DNA from: Eledone cirrhosa
Lineage: Eukaryota
Assembly: GCA_964016885.1 (NCBI GenBank)
Contig: OZ024742.1
Span: 359,352,001-359,416,000 of the forward strand
Length of the DNA: 64,000 nt
Reading direction: 5' to 3'
This document shows positions 38,420 through 51,525 of this stretch, one piece after another; the stretch's first letter is position 1, and every line of letters starts with the position of its first letter. The notes under the pieces were generated by a model that saw only the letters and a program-made list of their open reading frames with translations, was not told the DNA's origin and made no database searches. The translations under genes were made by a program, and so were the position numbers.

Positions 38420-38900
38420 TGAGTGGGGTAGTAGGAAATATGGATTGAAAGTAGAAGAACAATCGTTTCAGCTAAAGACAGAAGGTGTAATTGAAAACGG
38501 TTATTGCAAGATTATGTGAATGTCCTCGCTGCAAACAAGGACGTCACTGTGGCGAGATATAATAATTATAAAAGAGAAAAGAAATGCAAAATACAGCAGA
38601 TTATAGACTACAGATTTAAAGATGAACAAATAAGATATAGAAAGAAGATTGAAGAGTAACTAGAATTAACTAAAGAAAAGCTGAGAAATAACTGGTTTAT
38701 ATGAGAACAAGTTATTTCTATGTTGACAGGAACATTGGAAAGAACGGTAGAACATATCGTCATGACACTAAGAAACATTTCTATTAAAACAAGATGGTGG
38801 AGAGGCTTTATAAAAACAACAACGACAACAATATCAAAAACAAAAAAAAAGTAACACCATCTCTTTTGTAAGAACTCTTCAACACTTCACAAAGTCCTTG
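38420..38900 (+). pseudogene. Highly degraded R4/Dong-like LINE 3' region
   Basis: Reads SRKYGLKVEEQSFQLKTEGVIENGYCKIM*, comparable to the CKHFDL..KNWWEHQPPPILEKDHISILW segment of the Dong copies at the window end. Confidence 0.5.
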
Positions 38901-38987
38901 AATGCGCAGAAGTGGTTTGTGTCAATAAATGTTAAAATATTATCAGTTTTTAAGAATCCATGATAGATTGATGATGATAATAATAAT

Positions 38988-39780
38988 TGTTTCTACTTTA
39001 GGCACAAGGCCAGCAATTACCCAATGCATTACTGGTACTTTATTTTATCGACCCCGTAAGGATGAAAGGCAAAGTCAACCTCGGCGGGATTTGAACTCAG
39101 ATCGTAAAGGGACGTAACTATGCTGGAAAGCATGGCGTCCGACCCTCTACCGATACTGCCAATCCACCGATGATGATGATAATAATAATATTAGCAGAAC
39201 GCCAGTAAATTGGGAGTAGAGGAAAGTCAATTGCATTGACCCAAGTACGTGACTTTATTTTATCGACCTTGGAAGGATGAAGGGCAAAGTTGACCTTGGC
39301 AGAATTTAGAACGTAAAGGGCCATAACTAAATGCTGCAAAACATTTTGTCCGACGCTCTACCGATTCTGTCAATTTCCTGCCTTCTATTGATAGCAATAA
39401 TAATAATGGTTTCTACTTTTGGCACAAGGCCAGCAATTATCCTAGTGCATTACTGGTATTTTATTTTATCGACACCGTAAGGATAAAAGGCAAAGTTAAC
39501 CTCAGCGGGATTTGAACTCTTTGCCGCAAAGCTTGGCGTCCGACCCTCTACCGATACTGCCAATCCACCGCCTTTAGCAATAATAATAATGGTTTCTGAT
39601 TTAGACACAAGGCCAACAATTTTGGCGGGAGAGGAGAGTCACTTAAATCGACGCCAGTACTTAACTGGTAGTTTATTTTGTCAACCTCGAAAAGATGAAA
39701 GGCAAAGTTGACATCGGTTGGACACAGACAGTAAAGAAGCTGAACAAATACTGCTAATCATTTGTCCGAAGCTCTGTTAA
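38988..39780 (-). mobile_element. Cluster of four SINE copies
   Basis: About 38988-39168 (TSD-like gatgatgataataataat), 39200-39375, 39407-39570 and 39590-39780. Confidence 0.85.
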
Positions 39781-39899
39781 TCCAGGTTTCCAATTGAGAA
39801 AAAGGCCAAAAACATTTAGGGTAAAGGGAAATTCGATTATATCTACACCATTACTTTATTGGTATTTTATGTTATACGAAGGATGAAAGGCAGAACAAG

Positions 39900-40205
39900 A
39901 TTGAGACATTTTCTGAAACATGTGCCCTTTTGGGAGCTCACTTTAACCTTAACTAAGACCAATGTGATGTACAGCACCAGGAGAACCTTATGGTGTGTCA
40001 AATATATATGTGGATGGGACTAGGTTGGCAGTGGTGGATGTTCTTTGTGTATATGGGTAGTACTATGTCAAGGGACGGACATTTAAATGCAGAAATACAT
40101 CTTCGAGTACAGAAAGCAAACTCTGTATTTGGAATATTTGTGAAAAGAGTGTGGTAGATAGAGCCATAACATTGAGCACAAAAATAACTGTGTATGAAAC
40201 ATGAC
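39900..40205 (+). pseudogene. Degraded RTE-clade LINE reverse transcriptase C-terminal fragment
   Basis: Frames read TKTNVMY...NIYVDGTRLAVVD...STMSRDGHLNAEIHLRVQKANSVFGIFVKRVW...ITLSTKITVY. Confidence 0.75.
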
Positions 40206-41067
40206 ACCTGACATTGAAGTTTAAGGGGGAAGTTGTGTAAATCCCATTGAGTTTGACCCTTTGTCAACAATATGATATCTATTTTATGCCAAGACTTGTT
40301 ACCACTTTCAAGGTTAAAAGAGAAGTTGTGTAAATCCCAGCGAGTCTGACCCCTTTGACAATAATACATTGCTATGACATATATTTAGAGCCAAGCCGAC
40401 TAGACAGTTTATGGTTTGAGATATTTGTAAAGAACAAAGGTCGATATATTTGACGAGGTACAATAAGGTTGTAAACGGTTTTTATACTTAATATCATATC
40501 GTCTTCTTATCGTATGTCTGATTTGAAGTGAACCATTTGACAGACGGAGATAGATAAATATATAGATAGATAGGTGGGAAGAGGAGAGAGAGTATGAGAG
40601 AGACAGAGAGGGGAGGAAAGTGTGTGTGTGAGAGAGACAGAGAGGGGAGGAAAGTGTGTGTGTGAGAGTGAGAGAGAAGGGGAGATAGAGTATGAGAGAG
40701 AAAGCGAAGAAAGTGGAAAGGAGAGTGAAAAGCGACAAACAAAAAGAGAGAGAGAGAGAGAAAAGGTGAAAGAATGGATGGAGAGGGATGAAAAAGGAGG
40801 AGAGAGAGACTTAGGAGACGAGTAGATAAGAGAGATAAAAGAGAATGAGAGAGAAGAGAGAAGAAAAAGAAGAAGAGATAAAAGATGAGGAGAGAGAGAG
40901 ATGCAAAATGAGAATAGGAGAGATGAGAGAAAAGGAAAGAGATATTTCAATGAACTTAATGAAGAATTTAACCTGAATGTAGATCCGACAATTAATGTGA
41001 ATGGGTGTATATATGTATTCCTTTTTTCCTTTCATCCCTCCCTTCATCTATATCTATCTATCTATCT

Positions 41068-42061
41068 GTCTTGCTGACCGAGCTGCAGTCCTGGGTGAAG
41101 CAAAGACCGAGGAAAATGGGCGACTGGCACATCGAATGTGCTTAGGCGCTCACAGGCCTCTAGCAAACGGACCCGGCGATCAGTGGAGACTCCACTTCGA
41201 CATTCTATAGAGGGTTGGTCCGCAGCAAGTGCGACGACACGCTCGAAGTAACTCTAGGCGTAGAGGGGGACGAACTGGCCAGTCTGTTCGGTAGGACCTT
41301 CCGCCCGGGACCAATGGACAACTTCCAAAAGTCTCTGGCCAGGCAGTGCTATCGAGGAGCTCTACCAGTTCGAGACAAGCGCTACAGACACGGGCGCCCG
41401 GGTAGGGACCCTTCGAAAAAGATCTGTCCGAGATGCGTGCGTGACGAGGAAACCGTCGCACACGCATTTGTACACTTCCCGGGCGTTACCGACCTGTGGG
41501 GATATGTAGAACGACTATTGTCGCGGGTCGGACCAATCCAGTTGACCACCGAGTCCATTGTCATGATCAAACCGCCACCCTCCTTCAAAAACGAGAGAGA
41601 GGTGGTTTTCCTATGTGTTATGGCTATGGTGATAAGGTTATATGGTGGACGAGGTTAAAAGGGCTGAGGTCAGACACCTTTCTCTCCGGCGAGCAACTGA
41701 TTCGTTTTTTCAAATATCATTTTGGAAGAAGAATCAGGGTGGAGAGAGAGGTGCTGTACCCAGTAAATTTTATAAAAGGTGGGTGAATGTGGCAAAGATG
41801 GCCCGAGTGATTGGGCCTTCTCTCTATATAAGCCTGTAGGTTGAGGAAAAAGAGGAAGAGGGGAAGGGAGTACTCACTCTTGGTGCTCCTGGAGATGAGG
41901 GTTGTACATTTTTTCGGGGTGTGTACAACCCCTGTGTAACACCTCCCCCCTATTGGAGATTTCAATTGTTATTTGTTATTGTTTTATTTTCATATACCTG
42001 TATGTAAGCTCCCCATTTGTATTTGTCTCCTTCTTTTGTGCCCTTGTGGCTAATAAAGAAA
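41068..42061 (+). mobile_element. 5'-truncated Tx1 LINE (copy 3, same family as copy 4)
   Basis: Highly similar to 46857-47865; MDNFQKSLARQCYRGALPVRDK, CPRC..ETVAH; preceded by (CTAT)n. Confidence 0.9.
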
Positions 42062-42318
42062 TTTATCTATTTATTTGGTAAGTTTTTGTTGATTTTCTAA
42101 GTAAGAAATCAAAAATTTATTGTTAAATTTATTACTATTTTATAGCTTGACCCCACGTCTGGACTTTCAGACGGTGGGTCAAGTCATCTTCACCCCTCCC
42201 TGGGGTGAAATTTTCGTTTGGGAAAAAAAATTTCGCCGGTGAAAAAAAAGTGTAAACAAACCTTGCATTCAGTCATGAACGTGCGTTCATAACTAGAAAT
42301 GGTGGAGAGGCGGTAAGA

Positions 42319-42468
42319 GTGTTAAGCTCGCAGTCACCTCCTCTCACCACCTCATTGAAAAACATCGAAAATGTCTTTAGTTTTGAAAACACGATGTCGG
42401 ACGTTGATTGTAACATCAACACTAACACAAACACCAATAACATGCAAAATATAAACAACACCAACCAG

Positions 42469-42507
<39 letters not shown>

Positions 42508-44204
42508 AATGACAACAAGAAGAACAACAGCAACAATGATAACAACAACACCACCACCAACAACAACAACAACAATGATAACAACAACACCACCAAGAGC
42601 AACACGAACAACTCCACGAACAAGGAAAAGATTTCCTTTGCTCAAACCGTCCAAAAGACGGAACTGTTCACATACCTTGACATTTCCAATGCTAGGGAAA
42701 TGTTAAGCGATGCAACACAGTACGTAACTTTTGGTGAGAGTGGTGCTTTCAGCATCACTTCTCCTCAACAGTTACGCAGAGAAACTGTTCTAAAAACAGT
42801 AATATTTAGGACGGTTTCAAATGTGTCGAAAAAACCAGTTCAATTATCCCAAAACGATATTGAACTGGTTCTGAAGAATTCCATGAAGGATATTGCCGTC
42901 ATCCAAAAAGGGAAACTTTTTGGAAGCATTTCGGTGTTGTTGAAAGACCAATTGACAGCACAAAAATATTCTGTATCGACGATTGTGTCCCCCCTTTACA
43001 CCTTTTTCCCCACATATATGGGAAAAAGAACTAAAAAAAATAAAGATTTCGAACATTGCACAAAATGTAAACGTCTGGTGGATTCTAACTGTCTTCATCG
43101 ATTTCGACGAAGACACCATCATTTCGGTGGGAAAGTCCTCCAGAGGCACATTCAATGGTACAAGCATCGAAGTTCAGGTCCAAATGAGGCCAGAACGGAT
43201 AGCTAAAATACCCCAACGTGTGCCTCTGGATGGAATTTCATAAATAAACATTTCTGTTGAAGGTAGGCGGCCTTCATGTTACCACTGTTTAAGCAGGGGT
43301 CACCTGAAGGCTTACTGTCCTCAGTTAACTACAAAAAAAACGAGGCACTACTGGCAACACCCAAAACAACAACATAACCACCACCACCACCACTACAACA
43401 ACAACAACAACAACACGCAAACACAACCAAAACAAGAACAGCAAACCAACCTGCAAGCACAGTCCCACCCAACCCCACTCCACCTAAAACCACTGCAAAA
43501 ACACCCACAAACACAACAGCTCCCCAAAACATACCCCTTCCAAATAACACAGACACCACAACGGTCGAGGCTCCTACATCATCACCAAGTGACGATGAGG
43601 GAGAGCTCCTCCGTTCAAAAAGAAAGAAGAAAAGACACCACAAGAACAAAAAAGCAACAAACATCACTACAAACATACAACCACCAACACAAACAATACA
43701 AACATTACAAACAACCCCCCTCCCCCGTCCCGAAAACAAAGCCACGACATCACTCCAAACACAAACACCTACAACAAAACGAAAGCTCCCACAAGAACAA
43801 CAGACAAAAACCACCGCAACACAACAAGAACATTACACATACATAAACAGTAAAAACAAAATTTTAATGGAGGTCATCTCCAACGACCGTTCGGTGAAAA
43901 CCGAAGGGAAAAGTTTTTCGAACTGTGTATACAAACCTAATTTAAAGATGATTAGGGTCCCTACGGACACCTATAAGTCTTTAAAGGAAAACTTTCCTAA
44001 GGACGTGGGTAATCCTTGTGTTAAACCCATTAAACGCGTCCTTTTAAAAAGTTTCCCCACCCTCACCCCAGACACCCCCACCCCCAGACACCCCCACTAA
44101 ACATCACCGTCCCCACCCAGCCGGAAACCACCACCCACCCAGACAACTCTTCTAAGACCCCCATGGAAACTGTGCGGCATGATCCCCGGGAGACGAAGAG
44201 GTGA
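42319..44204 (+). pseudogene. Tx1 ORF1 with poly-Asn region and CCHC knuckle; disrupted
   Basis: (AAC)n at 42470-42600; CYHCLSRGHLKAYC at about 43277-43318; C-terminal homology to copy 2 ORF1. Confidence 0.75.
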
Positions 44205-44241
44205 GTGTTTTCTTCTCCTCTTTTAACTTTTCAGAACCAAC

Positions 44242-47200
44242 ATGGCCAATATAAGAGTTGGATGTGTGAATGTACGCGGCCTGGGGATGCCCTGAAGTCA
44301 GGGCAAACTCTTAAACGACCTCAGGTCGCACAGTATGGAAGTAGTAGCCATTTGCAAGTCCAGGATCATAGCGAGCGACAGCTGGCCCCCACTTGGATGA
44401 CTTTAAGATCTACGCATCTCTGTGTCGGCCGGGGTGGGGCAGGGTTGCCGTTTTGCTGCGGAAACACCTAGGCCTCGTAATACAGTCGGTACATCTGCAC
44501 CCGGAGGGGCGACTGGTGGTCCTAGACGTTGACGATAGTGAAGGTGGATCCTTCAGGCTGGTGGCCGCATATGCCCCATCCGGGACACCGAGGCCAGACT
44601 TCTTCAAACGTCTAAAGTCTTTTCTGGGAACGTCCCGTTCCTTGCTTTTAGTGGGGGACTGGAATGGAATCCTAGATGCACGTTGGGACTATGTGGGAGC
44701 ATGTCCCGATAAAAGGGGTTGTAACAACCTCAAACAGTTAATCGGCCGATTTGACCTGGCCGATAGATATCGACTAGATTTTCCGACTGTGCCACTGTGG
44801 ACGTGGACTAATCGCAGCGGAACATCTAGATCGTACCTAGATATGGTTCTAGTTAGAAATAAGGATAGGGACATGTTAACTGTCCACCAATGTTCATGGT
44901 TACCTATTCAGATCACAAACTAGTGACCTGCATGGTCAACCTTGATAGAAACCATAGACAAGGACCCGGCTACTGGAAGCTGAACTTGTCGTTACCGACA
45001 TGCAAAGCCTACAGTAGACGGATTAGCACTTTAGTTAAACAGCACTTGACATGGGCCATTGTCAACAACAGATGGTGGTACTCTCTCAAGAGGGCAGTTA
45101 GATTAGACTCGTTAGTTTTTAGTAAAGATTTAGCGTTAGATAGAAATAGAACCGAGAAGGAACTGGTACATAAAGTAGAAGAGGCAATTGGAAGTGGCAA
45201 CGTAGCCAGCGTACTAGCAACGCGAACGGCCTTGAACCAGTTCTTCGACGCAAAGCACGAGGGCTGCGTTGTCAGAAGCAAAATACGTGCTCTGGGAAAC
45301 GAGGGAGCCAAAGCTGTTAGCTGGGCCCGAGTGACGGAGGCGAAAAGTGGCAACAAGTCCACGATTCGGTCTTTGAAGGACCAAAACGGACGCGTGATAC
45401 GTGAGCTGAAGAAGATGTGTGCGGCCTTTCAGCGGCACTTTGCTCAACTGTTCGGGCAGGGCGGCGCGCCGAGGGGGGCTATGGATTTCGGTCCATACCT
45501 CGACGGCCTACCGCGACTTTCGGACAGCGAGGCAAAGTTCTGTGAAAAGCCGATTTCAGCCGCTGAGATAGGGGACTCGCTGAGCCAATGTGGCAAACGC
45601 GAATCTCCAGATCTCGACGGACTACCGAACGAATTTTACGTAGCAATGCCAGACTTATTCTCCGGTCTCCTGGAAGCGGTCTACTGCAACTGGAAACAGA
45701 ACGGGAGAATTCCCAGTTCTGTGACCGGGGTGTAGTCACACTAGTTAGGAAGGACGAGAATAAGGGGGATGACATAAGCAACTTCCGGCCCATAACACTG
45801 CTAAACACAGAGTTACAGATTTTGGCCAAGGTGTTGGCAAAGAGGCTGGCTCCCGACCAGGTCCATACACGACAACCTCCACCTCATGCGATACATCATA
45901 GAGAGAGTAGGGTGTAAACCCGGCTTCCGTGGGGCCCTGATCAACTTGGATCAGTCTAAGGCTTTCGATAGCGTTGACAATCGTTACCTGGATGCGGTGC
46001 TCGAGGCGGCAGGCTTCTGACCCGTGTTCAGGGGCTGGATTGCTGCAATGCACAACAGCAACTTCTGCTCAAGAGTCAAGGTGAACGGCTACCTCTCGGG
46101 GCCGTTCCATATCACGCGATCCATTCGACAGGGATACCCTCTCTCCTCCCTGCTGTACGTACTGACTCTCGAGCCAATACTGCAGAAGTAGGAGCTATAG
46201 CAGGGCATCCCTCAGGAACAACGACTGCGGAAAGCGGCGTCGGCCTACACCGACGACGTAAAAGTAATGGTGTCGAGCGCCTGGAAAATCGAGGAAGTCG
46301 GCACCTTACTGAAGGAATACGAAAGGTTCACAGGCGCGAAGCTGAACCGGGACAAGTCCATCGGTTTGCAACTCGAATCGTGGAGAGGCAAACCGATGCC
46401 TTCCGTTGGCGTCGTCGGACGTTGGACGGAAGGACCGGTAAAGCTGCTCGGGGTCGGGTTTGGTCCGGACCCCCAGGTGGAGAAGAACTGGAACGAGGTG
46501 ACGGCCAAGGTGTTTGCACTCACCCAGAAGTCGGCCGAGTGCAAACTATCCTTGAAAGGTCGAGCAGAGGTGGCGAACACTTTTATAGCGTCCGCCATCT
46601 ACTACCGCTTGACCGTCGTGCCTTGTCCAGCCAACACGCTCACCAAAATGGAGCGCGCGCTCTTCCAATTCCTTTGGAAGAGGCCGGCTCCTTTTGTGAG
46701 AAGATCCATCTGCTGCCAACACCCTTTCCAACGGAGGGCTGGGAGTTCCGTGGCTGACGATGCGCAAACACGCGCTGAGGCTGCGGTATATCTACGTATT
46801 CCTCACCGGACAACCGGTGTGGGCCCCGTTCGTGAGGCGAGCCTTCCCACGACTCGTCTCGCTGACCGAGCTGCAGTCCTGGGTCAAGCAAAGACCGAGG
46901 AAAATGAGCGACTGGCACATCGAATGTACTCAGGCGCTCACAGGCATCTGGCAGGCGGACCCGGCGATCAGTGAAGACTCCACTTCGTCATTCTATAGAG
47001 GGTTGATCCGCAGCAAGTGCCACGGCGTGCTCGGTGAAACTCTGGGCGTAGAGGAAGACGAACTAGCCAGTCTGTTCGGTAGGACCTTCCGCCCGGGACC
47101 AATGGACAACTTCCAAAAGTCCCTGGCCTGGCAGTGCTACTGAGGTGCTCTACCAGTTCGAGACAAGCTCTACGAACATGGGCGCCCGAGCAGGGACCCT

Positions 47201-47628
47201 GCAAAAAAGATCTGTCCGAGGTGCGTGTGAGACGAAGAAACCGTCGCGCACGTATTCATACACTGCCCGGGCGTCACCGACCTGTGGGGCTATGTAGAAC
47301 GACTATTGTCGCGGGTGGGACCAATCCGGTTGACCACCGAGTCCATTGTCATGATCAAACCGCCACCCTCCTTCAAAAACGAAGGAGAGGCGGTTTTCCT
47401 TTGTGTGATATCTATGGCGAAAGAGGTTATATGGTGGACGAGGTTAAAAGGGCTGAAGTCAGACACCTTTCTCTCCGGCCAACAACTGATTCTTTTTTTC
47501 AAATACCACTTTGGAATAAGAATCAGGATGGAGGGAGAGGTGCTGTAGCCCAGCAAGTTTTATGAAAGGTGGGTGAAAGTGGCGAGAATGGCCCGAGTGA
47601 ATGGGCCTTCTCTCTATATCAGCCTGTA
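44242..47628 (+). pseudogene. Tx1 ORF2; multiple stops and frameshifts
   Basis: CVNVRGL, AYAP, GDWN, SDH, PGYWKLN, FRPITLLNTE, LDQSKAFD, YTDD, C-terminal zinc motif. Confidence 0.9.
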
Positions 47629-47987
47629 GGTTGAGGAAAAAGAGGAGGAGAGGAAAGGAGTACAAACTCTCGTACTCCTGGAGATGAGGGTTGCACATTT
47701 TTTTTCGGGGTATGTGTTACCCATATGTAATGTCTCCCTCTATTGGGGATAATCGACTAATTTTTAAATTGCATTTGTGATAATATTTTACACGTTTTTA
47801 TTGTATGTAAACTTCCCCCTTTGTATTTGTCCCCTTCTTTTGTGCCCCTGTGGCTAATAAAGAAACATATCTATCTATCTATCTAACTATCTTTCTGTCT
47901 GTCTGGCTTACTCTCTTTTCCCATTTCGTCATGCCTTCATTTATATATATATATATATATATATACACACGCACACACACACGCACG

Positions 47988-48078
<91 letters not shown>

Positions 48079-48281
48079 GAAAAAGTATGACCCCGACGGC
48101 AGAGCTCAAGCCGTTTCGACGGCTATTTCTGGACTATTTCTGAGTCCAGAAATAGCCGTCGAAACGGCTTGAGCTCTGCCGTCGGGGTCATACTTTTTCT
48201 TATTTCCCACTCTACTACCCTAAGTATTGAGTACTCTGGTGCGTTATGGGTCATCTGGTTCCTTACCACAATTCCTTTGTT
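48079..48281 (+). mobile_element. Fold-back palindrome element containing the 3' half of a hammerhead ribozyme
   Basis: Perfect 57-bp arms (48079-48135 and 48143-48199) plus an ~80-bp tail; GAAAC at 48161, stem III acggc/gccgt, GUC at 48181; TA on both flanks. Confidence 0.8.
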
Positions 48282-48560
48282 ATATATCTATAGGTATTAA
48301 AACATAACCTATAGATTCACAGGTTCTGAAGAATATCATCAATATAAGTTAGTATATCATATATTTGTCACACGTCATATTTTCTGTCAAAAGTTCACCA
48401 AATTATATTAGATGTATGTCTTAAATATCAAAACTAAATTATAAACAGAGACCAATAGATGTTGCCTCGCAGATTAAATGCAATTGTTTTAAAGACACAA
48501 ACACATATAAAACATATATCTATCTTATCTAATTCTCTCTGTTGTCTCTTTATGTCTATA

Positions 48561-49342
48561 CTAGCAGAATGGCCCGGCCTTGCTCGGGCTTCTAAACAAA
48601 GATTGGAATGTTTATCCCTCCTTTCTGAAACAGTACAGAGAAGTACGGAATACCTCGGCCTGGGAATGGTGTAAAAACAACTCGTCGTAGATTACCAGGG
48701 TTTAACTTAATTGGGTGCCTGAGAGTAAAATGTTCAACCCACGAAAGCCAAGACGATAGGGTTAAGTAAAAAGGCATTCGACAAACCGAACATGTATTTG
48801 TTGTGGTATGGTACAATGAAAGTTACAGAGCAGTAAGCATGTGTGACTGCAGTGGTGGAGAGCATGAAGGAATTTAGTTGGATACTTTTAAGGTTACAAA
48901 AATCTACCCAATCTGATATAGACCGAACTGTTATATCGGATGCCGAACGCTTCGAAGTGACTATTGGGGTCACCTTCAACAATTTCAAGGGATGTACGTT
49001 TAAGTAGGGATAATATAGTCTATAAGGAGTGGTAACTCTTTCAAAATACTAAAGAGTTTTCTCTCTTGAACATTGTAGACAAAATTTGCGAACTGAACTG
49101 ACAAAAAGGGCTTAAAGTTTTAGTGAAAAAAAACGGTTTAACAACAGAAAATTGAAAGATAAAAGTTGCAGTTAATATCTTTAGGAATATATAAATGCAA
49201 GTTTGAAGGAATATATAAATGCAAGTTTGAAGGAATATATAAATGCAAGTTTGAAGTCAATCGAAGTAGAAATGTGGATTTGTATAGACTTTGCCAAAAT
49301 TAGGACACACACACACACAGACAATTTCAGCTTTATATATAT
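48561..49342 (-). mobile_element. Non-autonomous Helitron
   Basis: Minus-strand 3' end cccgagcaaggccggg hairpin...CTAG followed by T; 5' end atatatataaagctgaaattgtctgtgtg. Confidence 0.65.
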
Positions 49343-49409
49343 GTATATATATGTGTGTGTGTGTGTGTGTAGTGTGTGTGTGGTGTGTATGTGTGTCTAA
49401 AATAAAGTG

Positions 49410-49580
49410 TCATAACCCAGACTGAGCTCTTTCTAGTTCGAGCTAGTTCCAAACAGTCTGGAAGTAGCTGTTGAAACGGCAAGAGCTCAGCCGTTGGGCC
49501 CCAACTCTTTATAATATAACCATACTCTACTACCCGAAGCATAGAGTAATCTGTTGAATAATGGTTTACCCAGTTTCAAA
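49410..49580 (+). mobile_element. Degenerate copy of the fold-back palindrome family
   Basis: ctgagctctt...agcta...tagct..gaaacggcaagagctcagccgttggg, then the tail actctactacccgaagcatagagta. Confidence 0.65.
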
Positions 49581-49594
49581 CTGAATCCAGCCTG

Positions 49595-49597
<3 letters not shown>

Positions 49598-49631
<34 letters not shown>

Positions 49632-50112
49632 TGTAGTTCCCTCTATGTTTGTTTGTTCACGAACTCCTCCTATGGTTTTGGAGATAGACACCCATAACCA
49701 TATATATTCTGAAACTACATTGCCCAGGGTACTTCGATAAGTATATTTCATTTTAATAAAAGGGTTCCCCGGAGACACAAACCCCCGCTGAAAATGTTTT
49801 CCATTCGATTTATATGAAATTTAAACCATAGGTAAATGACAAGATATGATGCCTAGTCACAAAAGTTTTGAATTGATATTTTGAAAAAAATTATTTACAG
49901 AAACAAAATAAGAACAAGATTTAATAATGTAATTTTGATTTGATATATTACAAAAAATAATATTTTCCAATTTTTCGTGCATATCATTTTACATTGAGTA
50001 ATATTGAAATGCAGAGTTTTTCTCCATAAATTATATCACTGATTTAAAATCAATCATCATTTTCTAACAAAAAAATGTGTGAAACGGAGCAAGGCGCAGG
50101 TAATTTGGCTAG
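49598..50112 (+). mobile_element. Non-autonomous Helitron
   Basis: 5' (TA)n-taaagttgtag...gtttgtttg; 3' cggagcaaggcgcagg...gCTAG followed by T; subterminal motif shared with the 48561 element. Confidence 0.6.
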
Positions 50113-51072
50113 TATATATATGTGTGTGTATGTGTGTGTGCGCGTGTATGCATCTTTGTATGGTTACCTATATCTAGTAGACAATGCCAGACCCATACCT
50201 GTAGACACAAACAAAAGATATATTTTAACAAATGTGCTTATGGAGAGGTTGGTGCTGTAATCTCCAACATTCTCGTAAGTGCATGAAGGTGTGCAATACC
50301 TGCGAAACCAATCCATCCAAAACTGCACCTCAGGTGTCATATAATAGATATGGCTTTTGGTATGACCCACCACCGTAAATGTCCGCCTATATGTGTGTGT
50401 TTTGCATACATATAGTCATGTGTATCCATTAAATATTTGTGTGTTTGGTTGTACTTTAATGTCAAAGAGAAGTCTATGTTTAATAAATGTACTAACATTT
50501 TAGACAATGCAGTGAGTGTTTATTCTCAAATATAGACGTTTTATTCCATCCAAATGAAACTAACTAAACCTTGTGAAACAAAATTGACTCAAAATACAAA
50601 CACTACTTACAAAGTACATGCAAAACACAGCCACAAACACACACCCACTCACATCACACACTCACACATACTCAACACGCACACACACGCACTTACACTT
50701 ACACGTGCTCACACACACACACATGCAAAGTACCATCAGAAACACAAATACCCACACATACTCCCTCGCGATACAAAACATCCACAATCTAACTTACACA
50801 CAAACATAATCCCATAAAGAAACATACACACACATTTACACATATGTTGTGGAAAATACGGCAGTAAGAGATAGAGTTTTCTGTCAACATATTCCAACAT
50901 AAGAATGTGAAGAGGAAGTGCATTGATTGTGATGTCTGCGCATGTATAGTAACTATAGTTCTAAACATCTATTTAAATGGTGTCATTTTATTGTGTGATA
51001 GCATCATTGAAATATACTTGATTTGACTGACTCAATGGAACCTTTCGCCTAGAAATCTGTATAGAAAGAAGC

Positions 51073-51525
<453 letters not shown>

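Larger units (their letters stand above)
42076..47865 (+). mobile_element. Full-length Tx1-clade LINE (copy 4), degenerate
   Basis: ORF1, ORF2 and 3' UTR ending AATAAAGAAA; followed by (CTAT)n. Confidence 0.92.

Noticed and set aside
40500-40950. Glu/Arg- or Ser/Leu-rich ORFs
   Set aside because: (GA)n-rich low-complexity sequence.
48734-48988. Helitron helicase coding remnant
   Set aside because: Only vague resemblance to PIF1 C-terminal motifs; not defensible without a search.
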